DNA of 63,221 bases, the filler included, from Reticulomyxa filosa (Eukaryota; Protista; Foraminifera), in NCBI GenBank assembly GCA_000512085.1. It is 20 parts of 20 records of this genome, joined end to end, with 100 filler letters (N's around TTAATTAATTAA, not from the genome) between each part and the next. Parts side by side here need not be neighbours in the genome. Positions count along the whole stretch, not along the records: positions 51,439 to 57,034 come from ASPP01026115.1; positions 57,135 to 59,113 come from ASPP01020527.1; positions 59,214 to 61,438 come from ASPP01018477.1; positions 61,539 to 63,221 come from ASPP01003015.1; 16 more parts are not named here. One strand, 5' to 3'. The translations under genes were made by a program, and so were the position numbers. The notes below the pieces were generated by a model. The model saw nothing but the letters and a program-made list of their open reading frames with translations. It was not told the origin of the DNA and did no database searches. Below, piece after piece: positions 52,919-63,221 of this stretch. Position 1 is the first letter of the stretch. Each line of letters starts with the position of its first letter.

Positions 52919-55900
52919 TTAATAGATGGAGCGAGCAACCGGGTTGATATATGTTATCCATTCTTCTCGATCTGTGGCTTCTTTGCATTCAAATTTCCAC
53001 ACTTTGTTTTGGACAACAACTTCAAACCCACATGCTCCGATCATTTTTAAACTTTGGAGATGACGCAAATCAATGGTCCTTTTTTCCATTTTTTTTTCTT
53101 TCAACGTGACATTATATCGCAATGTTAAATCGGAATGTAATGTAAAAAGGCGTCTCAGCCAGATTTGTTTTCCCGCGTCACTGACTTCCTCTGTTTGCAT
53201 CCACCCTTTTTTGAGGATGCCTTCAGCTTTGCTTTCATCGTCTTGGCTTTGTCGTGAAGTGTTGGTTGTATTGAGTTCGACTTCTTTTGTCAGTCGAAAA
53301 GCACTACCACTTGCGATGGAGTCAACACTATATCGTTTCGGATGAGGTTTAAAAAATAGTTGAGCTGGGGTTTGTCCAAAGGAATCGATTTGTGCCAAAA
53401 TAGATTTTTTCTCTACGGGATCGTGGACAGCATCGATATCCACATTGCCTTCATACGTGTATGGATGGAACAAGTTGAAGCATTTCCCCGCTTCGGGTAG
53501 CCTTTGCTTATATCCAAAGATTAGATCAATCCAGTGATGCAAATTGTCGGATACGTATTCACTTTCTAAAGCCTGCCGCATAATTTCAACAAACGTACGT
53601 GCCGATTGTTTTGCCCAAGGAGGCAATTTGACATGTGACAGCACTTCTCCATTTTGTTTTTTGCCCAAAACAATATTGTTTCGATTGACCAAAAACTCGG
53701 ACGAGTAATAAAATTCAGGTATCAGTTCTTTGACATCTCCGGTGGTATGTAAGCAACTGTCAAAGCACTCAGCGATACTATAGAACAAGCGATCGGCGCA
53801 ATCGAGCTTGCCTCCTTGCATAATCTTGCTGCACGTAGTGAATGGCTCCATTCGTACCAAGTAGTACAAAACAATGCCGATGCTACTATAGTGCGACCCA
53901 TACATCCAGTTATTGGGATTTGTGGGATCGTTCGGGTCCGATGTTCCCAACAGCGCATTGTAGCGTTCGATAAATGTTTCCAAGCGCTTTGGATTGAGTG
54001 CGCCAATGGGCTTGGTTAGATCGCGATAGACATTGGGATCATTTAAATCAATAGTGTCGGACGTATAATCTCTCAATACCCACGGCATGACTGGATATTG
54101 TGTCAGATCGTTGAACGTCCTCCCCGCAAGCATATTTAAATTCATTAGGTATTCAAAGTTGCTTATTTCACGACGACGCCATTTCCAATGCATTTGAGAA
54201 CTCTCGATCATTTGCAAAGGCATACCAATGCTGGTGTTGCTACCACCGTTGTGGGCATTGCCAACACTGCTTCCACCTCCACTATTACTACCACCACCAC
54301 CATTAATGGCAGTATTGGCCACCATCACTCCAAGGCCAGTACGTGACAAGTGCGGGGGCTTGCAATTGAGAATGGCCTCCATGACACGATTTCGAATCGA
54401 CTCCTCAAAGAATTGGAACAGCCACGACGTGTCATCTTTGAAGTACAGTTCCAAAGCGCACTTTTGTAAGCGGTATCGTCGGTCATACATTTGCGTTAAC
54501 TCCTTCAGTTGCCAGTCGCGATATGCCGACATGACGCGATAACGATTGCCCCCCAAATGGGTGTAACTGCCACACGCTGTCACGGTTACACACAAGTCAC
54601 GCTTGGATTTCGTCGCTTTGCCACTGCTTTTGGATTTGTCGCCTCCATTTCGACTTGGATTGCTTTCATCACCATCTGGTTCCTGCTCTCGTTCTCGTTC
54701 TCGTTCTTGTTGTTCTTCTTCATCTCCTTTTGCATTGTTCCTTTTGCAGTGCGTTTGATTTGCATTTTCGACAGGTCCAACCGAAAACGAAAGCTCACGA
54801 CTCACCATTATCGATTCACTGTCTGAAAACGTGGATGAAATGGTCGGGGATTGTTCTCTGGTTGTCGTTGTCGCAATCGTATTACACTTGCCAATCACTT
54901 TTTCTGTTGGGTGCACTTCATCAGGGAGGAATTGAAAGCGCGTCGAATACAGCTCAAATACCCCTGGGATCACTGTCATTGGTGCTATTAGCTCTGCTTT
55001 TTCACGCAATAGCAGTTCATCTGCGAGATTTTGTTTGAGTCCAATTTCTTCTACCCCTTTTATATAAACATATAAAATGTTGATTTCAAACCAACAACTT
55101 TTTTTTTTTTTTTTTTTTTAAGCAATAACAATAACAAAAAAAAAAAATAAAAAAAAATAAACTATAAAACCAAACTTGATGGCAACAACTTTGGTGAAGG
55201 TGTTTGATGCAGTTGCTTATCGTCAAGATTTGGAGTATCCAATCGAGATGATGGCAACAAAGGTGAGACATGATCAGTGTGATTCAACAAAATGATAGAC
55301 GAAGGCTGTACGTGGTCTTGTTGGTGTTGATGCTGATGGGATTGCTCAGGTTTGGATTTAACTTGGAACAACTCTTTCCATTCTTTTAGAATAATGTGTT
55401 CGGTGGTCTCGTGCTCTTGAGCATGGTCGTGATTGTGATTGTGATTGTGATTGTGATTGTGACTGTGATCATACTCGTCGAACTCGTCGTATCCATTAGT
55501 CGTTTTGTTTTCCGTACTGTCTTCGGTTGAATATTCATACACTTCCGGCACTTCGGTGTCGTCATCTTGGTCGTGTTGATCCAAATCCTTTTCCGTATTT
55601 ATCGACGAGGAACTGTGCCCGGTTGCATTTATTTTCAACTCCTTTTCCTCTTTGGCTTCTGCTGATTCCACTATCTCTTCTCTTTGTTCCGTCGTCTTCG
55701 TCGCTTCTGCTTCGACACTCTCATTTGCTCGAAGGGGGTGGGCTTTGTGCAGCGAAGCTACAAACATTGCAATTAGAAAACGGTTCAGTTGCGTGGCTTT
55801 CACATCCATAAAATTACTTATCCCTTCGTCACTCGCTTGATTCATCACGCGGAACAGTTCCATTTGGAATTGGTCCAGTAATGGCCTCTGCTTTTGTTGC

Positions 55901-56037
55901 TTCTCATCTTGACAACACTTTAGTAGACTACCTAGTGAGGACTCAAATAATCTCTCCAAAAACTCATCTGAATGCTGTGTTTTTGAAGAAATATATGGAG
56001 ATGCTGACAACTGTCTAGGCTCGGCTATTATTGACAT
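52919..56037 (-). CDS. BEACH-domain protein with PH-BEACH-PH architecture (intron 55057-55175; ~999 aa)
   Basis: RRYRLQKCALELY (BEACH-PH), ISNFEYLMNLNMLAGRTFNDLTQYPVMPW, YGSHYS, VKELIPEFY, WIDLIFGYKQ and FGQTPAQLF, then LKKGWM...W.RR.F.L...REEWI (PH) and stop. Confidence 0.93.
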
Positions 56038-56517
56038 CTATACCTGCAATAAGACTGACATTGAGATAAAAATTTATGTTAGTTGCTCTTAAAAAAAAAA
56101 CTTGTACTTAAATGAGAATCATAACTCCAATCTTCTTACTGGTCAATAAAAATAGCCAGTTTTTATTGTTTTTAGTTTCAAGAGATTGAATTGCTTTTTT
56201 GTGGACTTTCTTTTTTTTTTTAATCCTTTGCTTTAGCGGGGTCTCGTAACCGATGTGCTTTGCTCTTTCAAAAAATAATGACTATATTTCCCTGCAGAAA
56301 AGCAAAAAAGAAAAATTGCGCATATACAAAAGCTACTCGATTAATCACAATCATTTTTACAAAGAAGATACAAATAACTGTTGTATTTTGAAATGATGAA
56401 ATTTGTTTACTGTTTCTTCAGACGATTGAATAAGATGTAAAGTGTTTTTAAAAAGAAGGAAAGAGCACGAGTTTTTTTTCCTTTGACCATTTGCAGCTGA
56501 ATGTCTAAATTTTCAAA

Positions 56518-56975
56518 ATGGAACAGATAACTTTAGAAAAATTGGAATATGATGTAATAATTTTAGGTACGGGGCTGGTTGAATCCATTGTCTCGAGGTT
56601 ATTATTTCCCCTAATTTTTGTTGTGTCGTTCTTTTTCTTTGTCTTTTTTTTTTTTGTTGTTGTTGAATTGTTTATTTTAAGCAATGAGTGGGGGGGGGGG
56701 GGGGGGAAAAAAAAAAAATGAAAAGAAAGACATAAAAATATCAAAACCAAAGTGCTTGTGCGCGTGCGGGTAAGAAAGTATTGCACATTGACAACAACCC
56801 GTACTATGGGTCGCATTTTGCCAATTTGCATCTGAAGCACTACCAATTGTACATTTCAGGGCGAAATGAAGAGCTGCCAGACTTTCATTGTTGTGGCAAG
56901 CGAAGTCAGCGAGGTTGGGAGAATGACTCAACAGACCGAGTGGATATGGAACTGTCAATACCCCAAGTTCAAAGT
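56518..56975 (+). CDS. Rab escort protein / Rab-GDI family protein, N-terminus (3' truncated)
   Basis: YDVIILGTGLVESIVS / ACARAGKKVLHIDNNPYYGSHFANL. The aromatic residue after YYG favours REP over GDI. Confidence 0.85.
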
Positions 56976-57149
56976 TCAGATCCTACCTTTATTTTTAAAA
57001 AAAAAAAAAAAAAAGTTGATTTTTTTTTTTTTTTNNNNNNNNNNNNNNNNNNNNNNNNNNNNNNNNNNNNNNNNNNNNTTAATTAATTAANNNNNNNNNN
57101 NNNNNNNNNNNNNNNNNNNNNNNNNNNNNNNNNNAAACGAACGAACAAA

Positions 57150-57949
57150 ACTTCAATGACGTCCCCTTCCTTTACCGGATGAGTAAACGCATTTTTTTCT
57201 ACCGAGATATGATATGTCATTGTCTGCCTTGCCACCTGTTTGTTTGTTTATCTTCTTTTTTTTATTTTTTTTTTTTAAATAAAAAAGTCTTTCTCTTTTG
57301 TTTTGCTCTTTCGAAAAAACTCAAACGTAAAATATTACCATAAATGTTTGCCTTTGGAAATTCCTTTTTCATATCACCGTTGCCATTGCTATGATCCCTT
57401 TTTATTTGTTTGTTTTGTTTTGGGTGTCCCCCTTTTGTTAAGATTTTATTACAACGTTATTTCTTTGTTGTCAATGTCGACAAAAGAAAAGGGATGGCCA
57501 CTTCGGAGTCTCATTTATATACACATATATATGTATGGCTCTTTTTTTTTTTCTCGTACCTATGCTTATGGGTGGTCAATACTCCACACAGCTCCAACTT
57601 TTCATATTGCTTCGTCAAACGTTGCCACGCTTCCATCACTGGGGGCTTGTGTACTATACACAACGATCAAAGTGAAACACAAATGCCTCCACATCTACTC
57701 TTTCGACACTTGGGTTTTCAAGTACCTGCAGGGTCCACTGCCATCGCTTTGTTTGTCGCTTTATCCACAATAAAATAGGCGTAGTTGTCATCCGTTCCTG
57801 GGTAGCCCCACATCTTCACGGTCTCCACAGCATAACTTGGAGAAGTCTCGGTCGAGCTCTATTGTCGGTGTTTCACATTATGCAATCGAAATAGTCGTTT
57901 GCACAAAACAGAGCTTTAAATCAATATTCTGACTTACCAATTGGGTCAT
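57150..57949 (-). CDS. Hydroxyacylglutathione hydrolase (glyoxalase II)-like metallo-beta-lactamase-fold protein, 3' truncated
   Basis: Not in the ORF track. Spliced reading: DDNYAYFIVDKATNKAMAVDPA / ..VLTTHKHR / DHSNGN..FPKANIYG..VKEGDVI (THxHxDH). Confidence 0.85.
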
Positions 57950-59213
57950 CTTTTCAAAAAAAATAAAAAATGAGATGGGATTCACTCAAATTGTTTCAGA
58001 AAGTTCGCCCTTGCACGCTCAAAAACTTTTGGCCAGTTTCTGACTACGACTCATTGACCATCTTCGATATATCTACAATTCACAGGAGAAAAAAAGTAAC
58101 TTTATCCTCCACTACTTTACATCTGCACTTTATGAAAAACAAAACTGCTAGTGCAACTCTCCTTACACACCGAAAAAAAAACTAAGCATAGTGAGTTAAT
58201 ATACATTAATGCAACAGAAAGGCCAGCCACAGAGCGAAGGAACTAAAGTTAACATTTGTCAAGTCATTGTTGCATTAAGTCCATGTGGTTGAATAAAATA
58301 TAGACTGACAAAACAAACGACGTAAAAGAAAATGAGGCGAATAGCTCATCTACAATGAAGTCTCCGCAAGTGAGTTGCCTACAGTTGTAGTCTTTTTTTT
58401 TTTCCCATTGGAGGTCCAATATAGCATTAATTGAAAATAATATAGCATGATTCTGCGGAAGAGCCGAATTATAGTCAAAATCGCACCACTTCCACCATTC
58501 CGTCCGGTCAAGAGAATAAACAAACATCTAAAAGTAGCGATAGACACGGGACCATTTCGCTAAATTCTTTGCGCTTATCAAATCCTTTTCTTCGAGGAAA
58601 TATATCCCAAGTTGGTCAATTTGAACTGTCCAATTCACCCCAACAAAACAAAAATAATTCAACCGGTTCATATACACTTGGTACACTACTCAATCATCAA
58701 CAAAATGAAAATAGGAACATGCACAATGATCCACCGCGATTTTCCCCAAGCACTCCATCCATTTGCGATGACACCAGCCCGTGTGCCTCTGGGATGGCAG
58801 ACCGAAACCAAACTGAAAAACCCTCACCCTCCCAATCTCAGGTACTTTTATCCCCACAGCTTCTAAACCAAAAAAAACTCTTGTTCAAACTTTTCATATT
58901 ATTACTTCCTGTGGAGGAACGAGCAACAAAAAAATGGCCTTGCTTATTTTATAGGGGGAATACAAGATTAACCCAGAAAAAATCATATGTAGTACAAACA
59001 AACTGGCACTTAATCATTATAAATAAAATAAACACATTTTTAAATTTTTTTTTCCTTAACTAACTACATTTCAATATGGCAACAAATTCGCAAACAAAAT
59101 GATTTTTTTTTTTNNNNNNNNNNNNNNNNNNNNNNNNNNNNNNNNNNNNNNNNNNNNTTAATTAATTAANNNNNNNNNNNNNNNNNNNNNNNNNNNNNNN
59201 NNNNNNNNNNNNN

Positions 59214-60574
59214 GGGGAACGTCGGGTAATACCGATGCCCATGTGCGCTTGCGTCGTGAACTGCTTGCTGAGCACGTGGTGGAAGGGGTCATCTCGCTAC
59301 CAGGTGGGGTCTTTCAGCCCTACACCGGTGTCAAGACCTCCATATTGATCTTTAGAAAGTTCACGCGCCGTGACAACAAGCAGACCCTGCCGAGCAGCAC
59401 AGCGCCGCTCACTGAACACGTCTGGTTCTATGAGGTAGAGAAAGACAGCTACTCCGATAATGCCAAGCGAACCCCGCAGCCTGGCCAGCAAAACGACCTG
59501 TGGGATGCGCTTGAAAAATTCAAGGCTTGGATCGCACACGGGCGTTCAGGAGCACAACTCAACGAAAAGACGTTGCTGCAACCCAGCTTCAGAACAGAGC
59601 GCTGGCGCCTAGCCACACTCACCAGACAAGAGAATGGCGCAGAGGTTCTTACGCCCGCCGGAGCAGCATTTTCCGCCTTGCCTGATGTGAGCGCATGGGA
59701 CGGGCGGGTATGGGGTATACACGAGTTATTCCCAGAGTTACCTGCAGATCCCAAAGAGGCCGAAGAGAAAGTACGCGCTGGGGCCGCAAGTGTGTTGCTT
59801 GAATTGGCAATTCAGGCTCTTACGCCGGCCGCACAAAAAGCTTGGCATACAACGCTTAGCGAACGCGTTGCCGGAAAAATCTCCGATGCCGAGCTTATAG
59901 ATGCCTGGAAGAAAGCAGCCAAGCCCCTAGAGGCGGAATTCAAGAAAATAGCTCGTGAGAAAGAAGCCTTCTTCGAAAAAGAGGAGTCTCCAGCACTCCC
60001 AATCTGGAAGGACTTGCTTAAGACAGCACTCGCTGAGGCTCAAGCTGACGCCTATGTGTTGGGCTTGCTGAGAGGCAATCAGCCGCCCAATGCCATGACG
60101 GCGTATGACATCGGTCAGAAGCTAACAGAAGCGGCCCGCGAGGTTGCCAAACTCGACGGTTTCGACGTCACCCTGCGTAGCCTGTCCGTCGACCAGACCT
60201 CTGAACTCAAAGCCGCCAAACACTGGATTGTACCGGTGCGGGCTTGGGCACGGAATGACGAATGGCAGAGTGAAGATGGCCAGCAAATTGGTTCACACGA
60301 TGCTGACGGCTTGGTGCGGCCGACTTATGTGGAAGCCATGCTGGCTGAGGGGCTCTACGACGACAAGGGCACACTCAAGGATGGCCTGCTTGATCCGGAC
60401 TGCATTGAGGCTCGTGAGTGGAACCTGTCTGCCGGGCAGTACAAGCCTTTCGACTTCACCCAACTCAAGAGCGATAAGAGCGTCGCAGAGCTAATCGGTG
60501 TCCTCAAGACTACCGAGCAAGACATCATCAAAGGTTTGGACAAATTGCTGGCGATGGTGGAGGGGCAGGAATGA
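59214..60574 (+). CDS. hsdM: Bacterial type I restriction-modification methyltransferase subunit (5' truncated) with large C-terminal insertion
   Basis: LRRELL..VEGVISLPGGVFQPYTGVKTSILIF, VWFYEVEKDSYS..KRTP..NDL, IEAREWNLSAGQYK, IIKGLDKLLAM. ATGA overlap with hsdS. Confidence 0.9.
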
Positions 60575-61438
60575 CCCGTTTTGTACTTCCGAGCTTAGCC
60601 TCGAGTTGGCGAGTCCTCCCATTGGGAGAGCTAGCGGAGATTAAATATGGGAGCGCGTTGATTTCCGAGTCTCGCGTAGTCGGCGGTGACGTGCCGGTTT
60701 ATGGGTCAGGTGGAGTTGTAGGCACTCATGATGAGGCCTTGCACTCAGCGAAAAGTATCGTAATCGGCAGAAAAGGCTCCGTTGGTTCAATTTTTCCTAC
60801 CGAGGGCCCGTTCTGGTGTATCGATACGGCCTATTACCTTGATCGACTAAATGAGTCGGTCGATATTGAGTACCTAGCGGCTTACCTTCAATCGATTAAT
60901 CTTTCGAGGCTATCCATCTCTGTTGCGGTTCCAGGACTAAACCGTAAAGAATTGTCATTAGTCTCAGTCCCACTGCCCACTCTCCCAGAACAACAGCGCA
61001 TCGTCGATGTGCTTCGGCAAGCGGAGGTTGTGACGAAAGCCAAGCAGTCGATCTGTGAGCAGATTGATCAACTGGTCAAGACTGCTTATTGGGAGCACTT
61101 TGGCGACTGGTTCACCGCGGATGGCATCATCGATCCGGTACGAATCAGGGACTGTGTTGCCGATTCTCAGTACGGCGTTTCTGAGGCGATGGAAGAGCAT
61201 GGCACGCACGCGGTGTTACGTATGAACAGCATCACCACGAGTGGCTGGCTGGATTTATCAGCCCTGAAATACGCCAGCCTGTCAAAAAAGCATCGAATCC
61301 ACCGAACTGATGGATGGTGACCTACTGTTTAATCGAACAAATTCCAAGGAACTGGTTGGTAAGTGTGCCATCTGGCGTCCTACGGTAGGCTCATTTAGCT
61401 TTGCATCTTACCTAGTGCGCTTGCGACTGAAGCCGGAA
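60571..61438 (+). CDS. hsdS: Type I restriction-modification specificity subunit (frameshift near 61290, 3' truncated)
   Basis: W..LPLGELAEI, VPVYGSGG, IGRKGS and VPLPTLPEQQRIV. The second TRD continues in another frame: GDLLFNRTNSKELVGK..FASYLVRLR. Confidence 0.92.
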
Positions 61439-61892
61439 NNNNNNNNNNNNNNNNNNNNNNNNNNNNNNNNNNNNNNNNNNNNTTAATTAATTAANNNNNN
61501 NNNNNNNNNNNNNNNNNNNNNNNNNNNNNNNNNNNNNNTTGCATATTCGAAGCCAAATGATCTTGTATCATAGGTTTCAAATATGTATAGTCATTTCCTT
61601 TGTCAATTTTTTAAAAGTTGATTTTCCAATCGTTTTCATTTGATATTTCATAAAAATTTGTCATTGAACACATTTTACAAAAGAAATAAGGCAAATTTTG
61701 CACAACGTTACAATGGCAAGTAGTGTTTGTTCAACACTTTTGTACTTAATCTTTTTTCATGGTTTCACTTTGTCAAAACTAGTGATAATCTTTAACCAAG
61801 AATTGTGTAATTTCAAAAAATAGTGGTAGTTGCGTTGATTCCTTGTTTCGGTAGTCATTTTTTTAATTTGTTTAAGATATTCAATTTTTATA

Positions 61893-62895
61893 TCAATATT
61901 TGAAGCCCACAAAATTTTTATAAGAACTTTTGAAAAGAAAAAAAGCTGTGTTATATATATCATCAGAATGTCCACTGAAAGTTTTGAGTGGTTTAGAATG
62001 AAATAAATCAAAAGTATAATTTGAAAAATGTTTGTGATTGGAAGATAAAATATTATCATTTTCTTTTTGTTCATCTTTTTTGAAGAGTTTTTGAACATCT
62101 TGGATGAGCTTCTCATTATTTTCTTGCAATAACTTAATGAGTTGGCTATAATGTAATTGCTGTTTAGTTTCCTTTTCATTGAAATCTCTTTTAATTATTT
62201 CGATATTAGCACGTGATTTAAGTAATTCTTGTTGAGATTCTTTTTGTATTTTTTCTTTTTTTTTTTCTATTGTTTGATTTATTTTATCCATTAATTGAAT
62301 TTTTTCTTTCTTCAATAATGCATTTTCATTGATCAAAGATCTATTTTCTTCATTCTTTTTTTCATTTGATTTTATTTGTACTTTTAATTGTGTAATTTCA
62401 TCCTATTTTTTTTGTTATTATTTGTCTTTCATGCGAATATTTTTAAAAGGAAAAAAAAAAAAAACCAATTCAAACTTGATAAAGTTGGATAGTTTGTTTC
62501 AATGAATCGAGAAATGTGACAATCAAATCAAAATGAAATTTCAATTTTGAAATCAAATGTTTTTGCAATTTCTGTTTGTGACAATTATAATCACATCCAA
62601 ATGATTTATACCAACAATCCACAAATTTCAAAGGACAAGAATTTTTCAAATGGCTGTCTAAGTCTTTGATCTGCCCTTTAAAATCACATGTTACTTTTTC
62701 ACTCCCTTCTCCTTCTTCATTAGATATTTGTGAATCATGTTCGAATTGTAGTGGGCATGTGACTTGCACATCTTCAATATGTAACTGTGCTGATCTGTTT
62801 TGAAAGTACAAACACTCTTTACTGAAACATGATCGCCCAAGAGAAACTTCAAGTTCTGGTTCTTTTGTCATTTTTTTCTCTTCTACTTTGCTCAT
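61893..62895 (-). pseudogene. TRAF zinc-finger/coiled-coil/WD40 family member, RING deleted and WD40 region disrupted
   Basis: CDFKGQIKDLDSHLKNSC..CWYKSFGC, coiled coil, then LKTFSGHSDDI (first WD40) after which similarity is lost. Confidence 0.7.
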
Positions 62896-63221
62896 TTTGT
62901 TTGTAGAGGTATTGATTTCAAGTCTTTTTTTTATTAGACACTAAACTTGTAATCTCGAAAAAAACTGTTTGGATTATCATAACTTTCAAGAATTTTCTCG
63001 CTTTTTTTTGTCCATGATTAAAAAATAAATTTAGTTTACTCAAATATTTGTTATTGAAAATTATTTTGAAGAATGAAAATAAAAATGCGTAAGATTTTAA
63101 ATACAATTACATTTGGCAAATTTTCATGTGCTTTCAAAACATAATTAAAATTGGAGATATTGCTGTTGCTAATTATCTTTTTGTTTGTTTGTCTTTTTTA
63201 AAAAGATTTCACACAAATCAC

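Overview
This window is not one locus. It is 20 short contigs joined by 19 artificial 100-bp linkers (44 N + TTAATTAATTAA + 44 N). Eighteen contigs are AT-rich, intron-rich eukaryotic DNA. The expanded TRAF-zinc-finger/WD40 family, abundant pseudogenes and homopolymer-rich introns suggest a foraminiferan such as Reticulomyxa (inference, not verified). Two contigs are bacterial: a GC-rich flavin monooxygenase and a type I restriction-modification hsdM-hsdS pair. Recognisable eukaryotic genes include a PP4R1-like HEAT protein, an ABCC transporter, a bZIP factor, a giant RNF213-like AAA+/RZ-finger E3 ligase, a coiled-coil protein with a dynein-adaptor-like CC1 box, a carboxylesterase, PP1, SKA1, a CLC channel, a CAMK-like kinase, NUF2, a 2OG-Fe(II) oxygenase, a divergent actin, an ankyrin protein, a PH-BEACH-PH protein, REP/GDI and glyoxalase II. 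Decayed LINE and Ty3/Gypsy fragments are also present. The most striking unannotated signal is a complete type III hammerhead ribozyme on the minus strand (51057-51118) inside a hairpin-rich ~230-bp element. Many introns also end in poly-A rather than a polypyrimidine tract. All family calls are by motif recognition; no searches were run.
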